NCBI GenBank assembly: GCA_004321905.1
Contig: SCQF01000012.1
Span: 5,411 to 69,410, forward strand
Reading direction: 5' to 3'
Length of the DNA: 64,000 bases
From: Verrucomicrobiota bacterium
Lineage (GTDB): Bacteria; Verrucomicrobiota; Kiritimatiellia; CAIQIC01
The notes under the pieces were generated by a model. The model worked only from the letters and a program-made list of their open reading frames with translations, was not told where the DNA came from and did no database searches. Shown here one piece after another: positions 34,574 to 44,201 of this stretch. The position numbers and the translations under genes were made by a program. Each line of letters begins with the position of its first letter. Position 1 is the first letter of the stretch.

Positions 34574-35703
34574 GCGTCAACACTCTATTTCTGATTCCCG
34601 GCGAAGTTGGCGGTTCGGAGACCTATCTGCTCGAAACCCTCCACGCCTTGGCCGGCACGCAGCCAGACGTGGAGTTCTTACTCTTCACCAACCTGGAGAA
34701 TGACGCCTTTCTGTGCGAACGATTCAGCCCTTTTCCCAATGTAGATTTTCATTTGCTACCTTTCCGGGCGCGTAATCGTGTTGTGCGTATTTTGCGTGAG
34801 CAATTCGAACTGCCACGCGTTGCCGAGGCGGCCGCCGTGGACGTGCTCTGGTCGCCCGGCTATGTCGCGCCGCTGCGCGCTCCGTGTCCGCAAGTGGTCT
34901 CGATTTTGGACATGCAATACCTGAGTCATCCGTCCGATCTTGCCTGGTCGGCGTGGCTGGCAACCCATGCGTTGGTGATGCAAACCGCCAGGCGTTGCGA
35001 TCACATCCTGACGCTCTCGGAATTTTCCAAGCGCGAGATCGTGCGCCATACCGGTGTTGACCCCGCGAAAGTGACCCCCACCCTGTTGGCCGCCGGTGAT
35101 ATCTTCTTTACGCCACAGCCGCCAGACATGTTGGCGCACGTCCGGCGCGAGTTGGTCGGTGATGACACGCCCTATATCTTCTGCGTCGCCAACACCTATC
35201 CACATAAAAACGTTCACCGATTGATTGAAGCGTTCGGCGTATTGCAAACGGAGTTCCCCCATCGTTTGGTTTTGGAAGGTTTGCCGCGCCGCGGCGAACG
35301 GCGTGTCCAAGCGGCGCTGGCGCGACTGCCCGACACCCACCGCGTGACGCGGCTGGGCCGCACGCCGCGCGCCGAACTGGCCGCACTCTATCAAGCCGCC
35401 GATTTGTTTGTTTTTCCCTCGCTCTACGAAGGCTTCGGCCTGCCGGTGCTCGAGGCGATGGCCGCGGGAACGCCGGTCGTGGCGATGCGTCAAGCTTCGG
35501 TGCCGGAAGTTGGCGGCGACGCCATCACCTATTGCGAACACGATGACACGCCAGAACTAGTCGCCTGCATCCGCGAGATGTTGCGGCTTGATCCCGCCGC
35601 CCGCGCTGCGCGAATCGCCGCCGCCCGCACGCGCGCCGCCACCTTCAACTGGAACCACACCGCCGGCGCTATTGCCGATGTGCTGCGCGCGACCGCCGCT
35701 TAG
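34564..35703 (+). CDS. Glycosyltransferase family 4 (GT-B)
   Basis: The C-terminal GT4 signature is present (FVFPSLYEGFGLPVLEAMAAGTPVV). Confidence 0.8.
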   Translation: MRIGVNTLFLIPGEVGGSETYLLETLHALAGTQPDVEFLLFTNLENDAFLCERFSPFPNVDFHLLPFRARNRVVRILREQFELPRVAEAAAVDVLWSPGYVAPLRAPCPQVVSILDMQYLSHPSDLAWSAWLATHALVMQTARRCDHILTLSEFSKREIVRHTGVDPAKVTPTLLAAGDIFFTPQPPDMLAHVRRELVGDDTPYIFCVANTYPHKNVHRLIEAFGVLQTEFPHRLVLEGLPRRGERRVQAALARLPDTHRVTRLGRTPRAELAALYQAADLFVFPSLYEGFGLPVLEAMAAGTPVVAMRQASVPEVGGDAITYCEHDDTPELVACIREMLRLDPAARAARIAAARTRAATFNWNHTAGAIADVLRATAA

Positions 35704-35707
35704 CTGG

Positions 35708-35758
35708 TTTTCCAAGGCTTGGAAAACCAAAACCTTTCTTTTTCCAAACCTTGGAACA
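35708..35758. repeat. Paired palindromic units (ttttccaaggcttggaaaa, 13 bp, ttttccaaaccttggaaca)
   Basis: Starts 5 bp after the GT4 stop. Confidence 0.8.
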
Positions 35759-36033
35759 CAATTCATCAACTGCGGCATAGAAGACATACACTATGTGATC
35801 GGCCGCAACAAAATGGTACCGGAGAACTGAACCGTACGCGTCTTAAAGGCCGAGCGCATCGGGGGCACTCGAAGCTCGAGTCTTGCGGCCTGTTGGGGCG
35901 GAGCCGGCGGGGATCAAGCAACCACGGTGCCGCGGGTTTAGAATTAACTGGACAGGCTCACGTGGTGGCGTTACAAGTTTTACGGATTTTTAAAACATCA
36001 AAATCCAGGGTCCGCTCCGGAGCGGACGGCGTG

Positions 36034-36642
36034 ATGATGAGGCGGGTTCGCAATAAGGGGTTGGCCGGTCTCGTGAACGACGACCAAGGGCGGCAGCTTG
36101 GCCGAAAAGGGCCGTTGGGTGTTTCAGGGACACCCCCGAGCGATCTGACGCAACAAGCACGACGGCAACTAGTGGAAGTGGGCGGGCGAACGTCGAAAGA
36201 TTTGGGTTTAGGGCGGATCGTCGGGCAGCTATTGGTTTACCTATATCTCTGGGACGGCGATTGCTCGTTGGATCAGATCTGCGAAGAACTACGGTTGAGC
36301 AAGGCCGCGGTGAGCATAGCGGCCCGGCAACTTGAGGGATTGGGACTGATTCGGCGGACATGGCGACCGGGAGATCGGAAGAAATACTATCGAACCGCAG
36401 ACACCATCGGTGTGGCGCTGCGGCAGGGATTGTTGCATTTGGTACGCAGCAAGGTTGAATCCTTGGCATCCGAACTCGATGCAACTCATGCGGCCCTGAA
36501 AAACGGTGCCCGCACAGCTCCGCTTAACAAAGAATTGCAGTTCCTCGCCACACGCGTTGGCCGGGCCAAGGTGCTGCGCGATCACGCCGCCACCATATTG
36601 GGCAATCCGCTGCTCCGGCTTTTGGTGCCGGCGAAGACTTGA
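36034..36642 (+). CDS. MarR/GbsR-like winged-helix transcriptional regulator
   Basis: A wHTH is present (DLGLGRIVGQLLVYLYLWDGDCSLDQICEELRLSKAAVSIAARQLEGLGLIRRTWRPGDRKKYYR). ATG-ATG start at 36034; an AT-rich promoter-like stretch and a hairpin lie upstream. Confidence 0.5.
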   Translation: MMRRVRNKGLAGLVNDDQGRQLGRKGPLGVSGTPPSDLTQQARRQLVEVGGRTSKDLGLGRIVGQLLVYLYLWDGDCSLDQICEELRLSKAAVSIAARQLEGLGLIRRTWRPGDRKKYYRTADTIGVALRQGLLHLVRSKVESLASELDATHAALKNGARTAPLNKELQFLATRVGRAKVLRDHAATILGNPLLRLLVPAKT

Positions 36643-36655
36643 ACAGGAAAAGTTT

Positions 36656-37495
36656 ATGACAGAAGTGACCGTCATTCGCGCCAGCCAGCCGTGGTGGCGC
36701 ATCAATTTCCGGGAGCTATGGGAGTACCGGGACCTGATGGGAATCATGGCGCGGAGGGACCTGACCTCGGCCTACAAGCAGAGCGTGCTGGGACCGGCTT
36801 GGTTTGTGCTCCAGCCGCTGCTGACGACGCTGGTGTTTACGGTGGTCTTCAGCAACATCGCGGGAATCGGGACGAACGGGATTCCGCCGCTCCTGTTCTA
36901 CATGAGCGGGATGCTGATCTGGAACTTTTTCGCGACGTGTATGAACTCCATAGCGGGAACCTTGACAGACAACGTGGGGCTGTTCGGGAAGGTATATTTT
37001 CCACGGTTGAGTGTGCCGGTGGTGAAGGTGATGGTCACGACAACGACGGCGGGCTTGAACTTCCTGATGTTTCTTGGATTCTGGGCCTACTACCTGTTTT
37101 TCACGGATACGGCGCTGCCGGCGGCTTGGCACATGCTGCTTCTCCTGCCCATTCTGGCCTACGCGGCGATGCTGGGGATAGGGATGGGGCTACTGCTGTC
37201 CTCCATGACGATCAAGTACCGGGATCTCAACTTTTTCCTGCCCTTCTTCTCGATGCTGTGGATGTACGCCTCGCCAATCATCTATCCGGCGAGCATGGTG
37301 CCGGAGCGGTGGCAGTGGGTGATCCTGTACAATCCGATGTCGTGGGCGGTGGAGGCGACGCGCCGCAGCTTGGCCGGCCAGGGGACCTTCAGTCTCGAAC
37401 AGGTGGCTATCGGGGTAGTTTCCGCCGTGCTGTTGCTGGTGGTGGGCCTGTTTGTATTCAACCGGGTGCAGCGGACTTTCGTGGATATTGTGTGA
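36656..37495 (+). CDS. wzm: ABC-2 type polysaccharide (O-antigen/teichoic-acid type) export permease
   Basis: Six TM helices and ABC-2 motifs (AYKQSVLGPAWFVLQPLL, FYMSGMLIWNFF) are present. Confidence 0.85.
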   Translation: MTEVTVIRASQPWWRINFRELWEYRDLMGIMARRDLTSAYKQSVLGPAWFVLQPLLTTLVFTVVFSNIAGIGTNGIPPLLFYMSGMLIWNFFATCMNSIAGTLTDNVGLFGKVYFPRLSVPVVKVMVTTTTAGLNFLMFLGFWAYYLFFTDTALPAAWHMLLLLPILAYAAMLGIGMGLLLSSMTIKYRDLNFFLPFFSMLWMYASPIIYPASMVPERWQWVILYNPMSWAVEATRRSLAGQGTFSLEQVAIGVVSAVLLLVVGLFVFNRVQRTFVDIV

Positions 37496-37508
37496 GCGGA
37501 GGGGAGCC

Positions 37509-38804
37509 ATGGACGCGCCGGCCATTTCAGTGCAGAACATCTCGAAGAGGTATCACCTCGGGTCCATCAACCGCCGGACGCTGGCGGATGAGATCCGCTA
37601 CGGCTGGCTGAAGCTGTGCGGGCAGGATCCGGTCGTGCACATGGGGACAGTGGGGGCGAAGCCGAGCAAACGGAATCCGGAATTCTGGGCTTTGCGGGAT
37701 GTGTCCTTCGATGTACAGCCGGGCGAAATTGTCGGCATCATCGGCCGCAATGGCGCCGGCAAATCCACGTTGTTGAAAATCCTCACGCGCATCACGGAAC
37801 CCACCGCTGGCAAAGCCTTCATTAATGGCCGCGTGGGATCTCTGCTGGAAGTGGGCACCGGTTTCCACCCGGAATTGACTGGCCGCGAGAACATCTACAT
37901 GAACGGCACCATTTTGGGCCTGAAGAAACGGGAAATCGCCGCCAAGTTCGATCAAATCGTAACCTTTGCCGAGGTGGAGAAATTTCTGGACACGCCGGTG
38001 AAACGTTATTCCTCCGGCATGTATGTCCGCTTGGCGTTTGCCGTGGCGGCCCACCTAGATCCGGAAATCTTGATCGTGGATGAGGTCCTCGCGGTGGGGG
38101 ATACCGCCTTTCAAAAGAAATGTTTGGGGAAGATGGGCGCAGTCGCCCGGGAGGGGCGCACGATTCTCTTTGTCAGTCATAATATGGCGGCCATAGAAAA
38201 CCTGTGCAGTCACTGCATTCTACTACAGGACGGAACAATCGCGGGGGATGGACCGACCGACGAAATAATCTCCCGCTATCTGCGCAAGGCGATGGATTCG
38301 ACCGGCGAAGCGAAAGGACTAAGCGAACGCACCGACAGATCAGGGTCGGGCGCAGTGGTTTTGTCCGACTTCCATCTCGAAGATACCAAGGGACGCCAAG
38401 TGTCTGCACTTCAAAGTGGTGCAGATGCAATATTTGCATTTACCATCTCGAACCGGACAGGAAAAAGCATCCAGCGACTGGATGCCGGTTTCTCGATTCA
38501 CGACGCCACTGGCAGTCAGGTGTTCACCATCCTTTACAGTTCCTATCAAAACCATGAATTCGAAATGACTTCCGCAAGGGGTTGTATCCGCTGCAAGGTT
38601 CCGGAGCTTCCCTTGGCGGCAGGGCGGTATCGGATCGGTGCACGCCTGACCCTCCAGGGCGTGGAAACTGATTGGCCCCAAGATGGGGTGGGATGGCTGG
38701 ATGTCATTGAAGGTGATTTTTATGGGTCAGGTCACAAGGGCTTTGGCAGTCATGCGCCGTTTTTATTGAAAGGCGACTGGAACCTCGCGGAGCAAGGAAG
38801 CTGA
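37509..38804 (+). CDS. wzt: Polysaccharide ABC exporter ATP-binding protein with a C-terminal (~180 aa) substrate-binding extension
   Basis: Walker A (GRNGAGKST), the signature (YSSGMYVRLAFAVA), Walker B (ILIVDEVLAVGD) and an extra C-terminal beta-rich domain are present, as in the Wzt transporters of E. coli O8/O9a. Confidence 0.85.
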   Translation: MDAPAISVQNISKRYHLGSINRRTLADEIRYGWLKLCGQDPVVHMGTVGAKPSKRNPEFWALRDVSFDVQPGEIVGIIGRNGAGKSTLLKILTRITEPTAGKAFINGRVGSLLEVGTGFHPELTGRENIYMNGTILGLKKREIAAKFDQIVTFAEVEKFLDTPVKRYSSGMYVRLAFAVAAHLDPEILIVDEVLAVGDTAFQKKCLGKMGAVAREGRTILFVSHNMAAIENLCSHCILLQDGTIAGDGPTDEIISRYLRKAMDSTGEAKGLSERTDRSGSGAVVLSDFHLEDTKGRQVSALQSGADAIFAFTISNRTGKSIQRLDAGFSIHDATGSQVFTILYSSYQNHEFEMTSARGCIRCKVPELPLAAGRYRIGARLTLQGVETDWPQDGVGWLDVIEGDFYGSGHKGFGSHAPFLLKGDWNLAEQGS

Positions 38805-38807
38805 TCT

Positions 38808-39500
38808 ATGCTGCAAGCGTTATTGACGCACATCAAAGACCGCCGTTGTCCGCGAGAGCAAAGGGACTCGTTCGCACTCGAAAAGTTGGACATCAAGCTG
38901 GAGCCTTATTTGCGGCGGCGCGGCGGTTTCTTTATAGAGGCTGGAGCCAATAACGGCATCAGCTATAGCAACACGCTTTACTTTGAGAAATATCTAGGCT
39001 GGCACGGTTTGCTGATCGAGGCGGTTCCTTCGTTGTCCGAAGACTGTCAGAAAAATCGCCCGCGCTGCCTTGTTGAGCATTGCGCTTTGGTTGCGGCGGA
39101 ATATCCACAGCACACCATAGAGATACAGTATTGCAACCTGATGAGTATCGTCCCAGGGGCCTTGGGTGATGCCGAGGAGGAAAGGAAACACATCCAAGAC
39201 GGCCTTCAATTCCTGAAAAGTCATGAAAAGGTCTATACAACAAGGGTGCCCGCCCAGACGTTAAGCGCGATAATAGATAAGCATCAGATCGAACACATTG
39301 ATCTGCTGTCACTTGATGTTGAAGGCTATGAGGCCCAAGCCCTCAAAGGCATTGATTTTGACCGCCACCGGCCAGAGTTTATGCTCATCGAAGTGCGCCG
39401 TAAGCCGGAAATCGAAGCGGTCATTGGAAAATATTACACCGTTGTCGCCGTGTTGCAGGCCAACGAAGCCTATGCTGACATTCTCTACCGAAGGCTATAA
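38808..39500 (+). CDS. FkbM-family methyltransferase
   Basis: The FkbM domain is present (FIEAGANNGISYSNTLYFEKYLGWHGLLIEA...HIDLLSLDVEGYE). Confidence 0.75.
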   Translation: MLQALLTHIKDRRCPREQRDSFALEKLDIKLEPYLRRRGGFFIEAGANNGISYSNTLYFEKYLGWHGLLIEAVPSLSEDCQKNRPRCLVEHCALVAAEYPQHTIEIQYCNLMSIVPGALGDAEEERKHIQDGLQFLKSHEKVYTTRVPAQTLSAIIDKHQIEHIDLLSLDVEGYEAQALKGIDFDRHRPEFMLIEVRRKPEIEAVIGKYYTVVAVLQANEAYADILYRRL

Positions 39501-39546
39501 AACCCGAAAAATAATGGCACCATTCGAAGCGCGTTGGCGATAACCC

Positions 39547-40218
39547 ATGCTGGACGTAATAAAAAGACTTAGGCACATCCTTGGCAGCAGCCTGCGGTTC
39601 GCCGGGGGGATGAAAAGCTCGAAAAACGACGCTTCATCAACCCCGCGCGACGCAAGCTTGGATTTAATCGGGTCGCTGATTGCTTCGGGCGAGCCTATCA
39701 AATTGGAGATCGGGGCGGGAACCAAGAAGGGCGCGCAGGGTTGGTTGACCTCAGACCAGTGTCCCGGGGCCGACTTAATGATGGATTTGCTGAAGCCTTT
39801 CCCTTTCCCTGATAATACCGTCAGCAAAATCTATTCATCCCATGTGCTTGAGCATTTCTACACTGACCAACTGAAGTTTGTCTTAGGCGAATGTCGGCGT
39901 GTCTTGAAGCCGGGCGGCATGATGAGCGCCTGTGTGCCGGATGCCGGACTATACGTAGCGGCGTACTTGCATCCTGAAGCTTTTGATGCAGAAAAATACT
40001 GCAAGTATAAGCCAGGCTATAATTTCTACTCCAGCATCGATTATTTGAATTACATCGCTTACATGGGCGGGCATCACCGCCATATGTTTGACATGGAGAA
40101 TCTGCTGACGATCCTGTCGGAGAGTGGTTTTCGGAATGGCAGAGCGCGGAAGTTTGACCCTGAATTGGATCTGGCCAACCGGGACGACGAATCAATCTAT
40201 GCGGAATGCGAAAAATAA
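39547..40218 (+). CDS. Class I SAM-dependent methyltransferase (Methyltransf_11-like)
   Basis: Motif I (LEIGAGTKKG) and the post-I motif (VLKPGGMM) are present. Confidence 0.65.
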   Translation: MLDVIKRLRHILGSSLRFAGGMKSSKNDASSTPRDASLDLIGSLIASGEPIKLEIGAGTKKGAQGWLTSDQCPGADLMMDLLKPFPFPDNTVSKIYSSHVLEHFYTDQLKFVLGECRRVLKPGGMMSACVPDAGLYVAAYLHPEAFDAEKYCKYKPGYNFYSSIDYLNYIAYMGGHHRHMFDMENLLTILSESGFRNGRARKFDPELDLANRDDESIYAECEK

Positions 40219-41138
40219 TGCGCCCAATCATCTCCTTAAGGAAGCTGGCAGGTTTATTTAACAGACAAACCACCCAAAAAACATATGAGCAATGGGCCGG
40301 CAGAAAATACACCTCCGATCCTCAGATAACATTTGTCATTCAATGTCACAACAAAAGCGAATCCGTGTGTAAATTAGTCAGCAAGCTTAGGCACGCTGAA
40401 CATTCAGAAATTATTGTCATTGACGATGGTTCACTGCTGAATCATACGAAATTGCTATCATCCTATTTAAACAGACCCAATGAGTTCTTACTTCGGGCGA
40501 ATGATCTATATGAAGTGATAATGTATGATAGGGCGATTTGGATGGCCCGGGGGGAATACATTGTTCTGATGCAGGATGATGATGACTTTTCGGACCTCAA
40601 CTGGGTTGCCGAGGGGCTGCGGTATTTAAAAGCCGACCCCAAGCTTACTATACTCGGAGGTAGAGATGGGGGGAAGTTACTCCCGTTTGAGACGACCATT
40701 GATGGAGCGAGAGGGCCTTATGAATTCGACGGGAAAACCGGAGGCAGGGTAAACTCATTTAGATTTGAATTGTCAGGAATACCTGCCAGCAAACATAGTT
40801 TTGAATATGTAATGTATACGGATAGAGCCCCCATGTGGCTGAACAGGAAAATTTTCATAAAGACATTGAGTCATATAGATATTTCTTTCGCTCCATTCCA
40901 ATGGGATGACGCAGAAGTTTGCCTGCGCACATGGCGTAGTGGCTATCATGTAGCTTGGTATAAAGCAAACTTCCAACTGGAAAAGCTTGGCGTCGGAGGC
41001 ATGCGTTTATGGAACACCGTTCTTCAACAGCGACAGGATGAAGTTAATGCAAAGAAGCTTTACCAGTTACACGGTGCATATTTAAGTCAAATATGCTTAT
41101 GGGTAGAAGCAGCGAATAAGCAAATATTGGCTTCGTAA
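40206..41138 (+). CDS. Putative GT-A fold glycosyltransferase (low-GC gene)
   Basis: IVIDDGS and a QDDDD (DXD) motif are present. GC is about 42%, against about 62% for the core genome. Confidence 0.5.
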   Translation: MRKIMRPIISLRKLAGLFNRQTTQKTYEQWAGRKYTSDPQITFVIQCHNKSESVCKLVSKLRHAEHSEIIVIDDGSLLNHTKLLSSYLNRPNEFLLRANDLYEVIMYDRAIWMARGEYIVLMQDDDDFSDLNWVAEGLRYLKADPKLTILGGRDGGKLLPFETTIDGARGPYEFDGKTGGRVNSFRFELSGIPASKHSFEYVMYTDRAPMWLNRKIFIKTLSHIDISFAPFQWDDAEVCLRTWRSGYHVAWYKANFQLEKLGVGGMRLWNTVLQQRQDEVNAKKLYQLHGAYLSQICLWVEAANKQILAS

Positions 41139-41166
41139 TCCCTCGCCTCTATGACCTGAGCATGAA

Positions 41167-42903
41167 GTGACTACCGCGCAAGACATCCCTATCCTGCTCA
41201 TGGTCTTTAACCGTCCGGATTTAGCGCACCGGGTCCTGGAACAGATCCAAACGGCGCGACCCACCCGTCTGTTTATTGCGGCAGATGGCCCCCGTCCGGA
41301 TCATCCGGATGATGACCGGAACTGTCAGGAAACACGACGTCTAGCCACACAGATTGACTGGCCGTGCGAGGTGAAAACCCTTTTTCGGGATCATAATCTG
41401 GGGTGCGATGCCGCCGTCGGCTCGGCCATCCCTTGGTTTTTTGAGCATGTCGAGGCGGGCATTGTTCTTGAGGACGACTGTCTTCCGGATCCGTCTTTTT
41501 TTCCCTTTTGCGCCGAATTGCTCGAGCGACACCGCGACGACGAGCAGATCATGGCAATCACCGGGTGTTGTTTTCAGCCAAACGGGTTTGATTCCGACTC
41601 ATCCTATTTCTTTTCGCAGTATCCATACACCTGGGGTTGGGCAACCTGGCGCCGCGCGTGGAAGCACTACAAGCAGACCCCGGCGGAATACCCCTGTCTA
41701 TTCGATTTTGAATGGTTGACCAATCTTCTGGGCAGCGAGATGGCAGCCCGCTATTGGAGCAACATCATTACCCGTTGCCATGAGAACCAAACCAGTGCAT
41801 GGGATTACCGGTGGATTTTCTCGGTCTGGGCCAATCAGGGTCTGGGGATCCAGCCGTCACGAAATCTTGTGAGCAATATAGGCTGCGACGCGCGAGCCAC
41901 CCATACCAAGTCAGACTGTGCCGAAATGTTTAATCGTTCCACGCAAGCCATGGCCTTTCCCCTTAAGCATCCTCCCGCAGTTGTCCGCCATGTTGCGGCT
42001 GATCGTGTTTACGAAATGCGTTATTTATGTCCCGAACCAGGCAGCAAACCTGCACCCGTAATCCAGCGTGACCGGCCCTTGCTCCAACGAGTATCACCCC
42101 GACCGCTGATCGGAAAAATACTACGCTGTATACGCGGCATGCACGACATCCCCCGCGCCGCGCCCCTCAGCCGCGAGCGGGAAGAGGCGGAGCGGTTCTT
42201 GCAACATGAATTCAACTTTTACCGGGTTCAAGTGCAGGCGAATACGATGGCTCCCGTAGAACGCCAGTTGTCGCTTTATCGCCAAGCGGTTGCTTGCGAA
42301 CAGAACGGAATCCCCGGAGCCTTCGTGGAGTGCGGCACGTGGAAGGGCGGCCTGGTCGGAGTGATGGCGTTAGCGAACCTCCGTCACGGTCTGACGCGGC
42401 GTTCAGTGCACCTGTTTGATTCCTTTGAGGGCATCCCCGAGCCTGATCCCGCCATGGACGGAGCCAAAGCCGTGGCGGAGGCCGAATCCGTGGGTTGTCA
42501 TCCGACCGGCAAGCTACAGGCCGTGCGAGGATTCTACGAGAATTTCGCGTCGGGAACCGGCACGCTGGAGGACAACAGACATTTGCTGGAACGGGTCATC
42601 GGGTACCCAGTTGAATATCTGCATTACCATGTCGGCTGGTTTCAGGATACTGTACCGGCCGCTGCCGAAACCATGGGGCCAATCGCCATCCTTCGGCTCG
42701 ATGGCGATTGGTACGCCTCGACCCGAGTTTGTTTGGAAGGTCTGTTTTCCCGGCTGGTCCCCGGCGGATATTTGATCATTGACGACTATGGTTGCTACGA
42801 AGGTTGCCGCCGCGCGACGGACGAGTTTTTCACCTCCTGCGGCGTTCAACTACCGTTGACCGCAATTGACGCTCAAGCCGTCTACGGAGTTCTCCCGGCA
42901 TGA
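41167..42903 (+). CDS. Bifunctional protein: N-terminal GT-A-like glycosyltransferase domain fused to a C-terminal TylF/MycF-family SAM-dependent O-methyltransferase
   Basis: The N-terminus ILLMVFNRPDLAHRVLEQI...LFIAADGPR is conserved in a family usually annotated as glycosyltransferase. The C-terminus (GAFVECGTWKGGLVGVMA...LFDSFEGIP...ILRLDGDWYASTRVCLEGLFSRLVPGGYLIIDDYG) is a macrocin-O-methyltransferase (TylF)-type class I methyltransferase. Confidence 0.6.
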   Translation: MTTAQDIPILLMVFNRPDLAHRVLEQIQTARPTRLFIAADGPRPDHPDDDRNCQETRRLATQIDWPCEVKTLFRDHNLGCDAAVGSAIPWFFEHVEAGIVLEDDCLPDPSFFPFCAELLERHRDDEQIMAITGCCFQPNGFDSDSSYFFSQYPYTWGWATWRRAWKHYKQTPAEYPCLFDFEWLTNLLGSEMAARYWSNIITRCHENQTSAWDYRWIFSVWANQGLGIQPSRNLVSNIGCDARATHTKSDCAEMFNRSTQAMAFPLKHPPAVVRHVAADRVYEMRYLCPEPGSKPAPVIQRDRPLLQRVSPRPLIGKILRCIRGMHDIPRAAPLSREREEAERFLQHEFNFYRVQVQANTMAPVERQLSLYRQAVACEQNGIPGAFVECGTWKGGLVGVMALANLRHGLTRRSVHLFDSFEGIPEPDPAMDGAKAVAEAESVGCHPTGKLQAVRGFYENFASGTGTLEDNRHLLERVIGYPVEYLHYHVGWFQDTVPAAAETMGPIAILRLDGDWYASTRVCLEGLFSRLVPGGYLIIDDYGCYEGCRRATDEFFTSCGVQLPLTAIDAQAVYGVLPA

Positions 42904-44201
42904 ATCTGCTGCATTTCTCCAACGCCGATATCGCCGGCGGCGCGGCGCAGGCCACCTATCAGCTCCACGCTTTGCTGCGGGAAGCCGGCCACCACTCCGT
43001 CTTGGCGGTCCGGCAGAAGTTCTCCTCCGATCCCGATGTGGTGCCGGTAGGCGTGCGCTCATTGCGGACCGGCCACTGGTCGGAACTGGTCGAACGCGCC
43101 CGCGCCCGTATGTCGGGGGGCTATCGCGTAACGCCCCTGCCCTTCCACTACTTCAATCGAAATCTTGCGCCGATTCCCGATCTGGATGCCGCCTTGCAGG
43201 CGATGCCGCAGCCGGACGTTCTTTTCCTGCACTGGATTACCCATCTGCTGACTGTGGCCGATATTCGCAGGCTCGCTGAACGGGTGGCCTGCCCCATTAT
43301 CTGGGTACTGCTGGACATGGAACCCATGACCGGCGGATGCCATTATCCCGGGAGCTGCACCCGATTCCAGACCGGATGCAAAAACTGTCCTCAATTGCAG
43401 GCCGATGAAAGCCGTAATTGGGCGGAGCGCACCTGGCTTGAGAAACAACAACTGACGGATTTGCCGATCACCTTCCTGGCCCCTACAAAATGGCTTGGGG
43501 ATCGGCTGGCCGAAAGCGAAATCTTCCGCAAACATCCCGTCGCCCGGATTCCGCTCCCCATGAGTGGACGACTGCGGCCCTTGAATAAAGTCATGGCCCG
43601 CGAAATTTTAGGAATGCCCCTCGACAAGAAAATTATTCTCATCGGGAGCCATGACCTGAACGATCCCCGGAAGGGAATGGATCACCTGCTCACAGCCGCG
43701 AAAATTCTAGCGACACGGAGGCCGCCCGACTCTGCGCCGTCGTTCCAAAACAAGGATCTTCTTTTTTGGCTGATGGGATCCAATGGGCGCAGCTTGGCTG
43801 ACGCACTCCCGTTTCCTTCCCATGAGGCGGGCTATATTCAGCATAACATTGAGTTGGCCCTGACGTATCAATCGGCCGACGTGTTTGCCTGCCCGTCCCT
43901 CGAAGATGCGGGGCCGATGATGGTCTCGCAAGCCATGCTTTGCGGCACCCCGGTGGTCGCTTTTAACACAGGCATCGCCCCCGAATTGATCACCTCAGGG
44001 GACAACGGCTACCTTGCAAGACTAGGCGATGCCGTCGATTTCGCGCACGGACTGGAGCAGCTACTCGCCGACGACGGCTCAGCGGGGTTGCGTGCAGCGG
44101 CGGCGGCCGCCCGGCACCATGACCCACACCAAATTGAGCGCAGGTACGAGGCACTGCTCGCCCACCTGACCCAGCGCCCGACGGAGCCAACCAAGACGTG
44201 A
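42900..44201 (+). CDS. Glycosyltransferase family 4
   Basis: The GT-B C-terminal motif is present (ADVFACPSLEDAGPMMVSQAMLCGTPVV). The start overlaps the previous stop (ATGA). Confidence 0.75.
   Translation: MNLLHFSNADIAGGAAQATYQLHALLREAGHHSVLAVRQKFSSDPDVVPVGVRSLRTGHWSELVERARARMSGGYRVTPLPFHYFNRNLAPIPDLDAALQAMPQPDVLFLHWITHLLTVADIRRLAERVACPIIWVLLDMEPMTGGCHYPGSCTRFQTGCKNCPQLQADESRNWAERTWLEKQQLTDLPITFLAPTKWLGDRLAESEIFRKHPVARIPLPMSGRLRPLNKVMAREILGMPLDKKIILIGSHDLNDPRKGMDHLLTAAKILATRRPPDSAPSFQNKDLLFWLMGSNGRSLADALPFPSHEAGYIQHNIELALTYQSADVFACPSLEDAGPMMVSQAMLCGTPVVAFNTGIAPELITSGDNGYLARLGDAVDFAHGLEQLLADDGSAGLRAAAAAARHHDPHQIERRYEALLAHLTQRPTEPTKT

Noticed and set aside
2426-35830. Many short track ORFs containing FSKPWKT, FSKAWKT, FQGLEN or FPRLGK peptides (for example 7482..7730, 12116..12352, 23186..24070, 29586..29825, 35588..35830)
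   Set aside because: These peptides are simply translations of the intergenic TTTTCCAAGGCTTGGAAAA palindrome in different frames. The ORFs are artefacts of the repeat, not a protein family.
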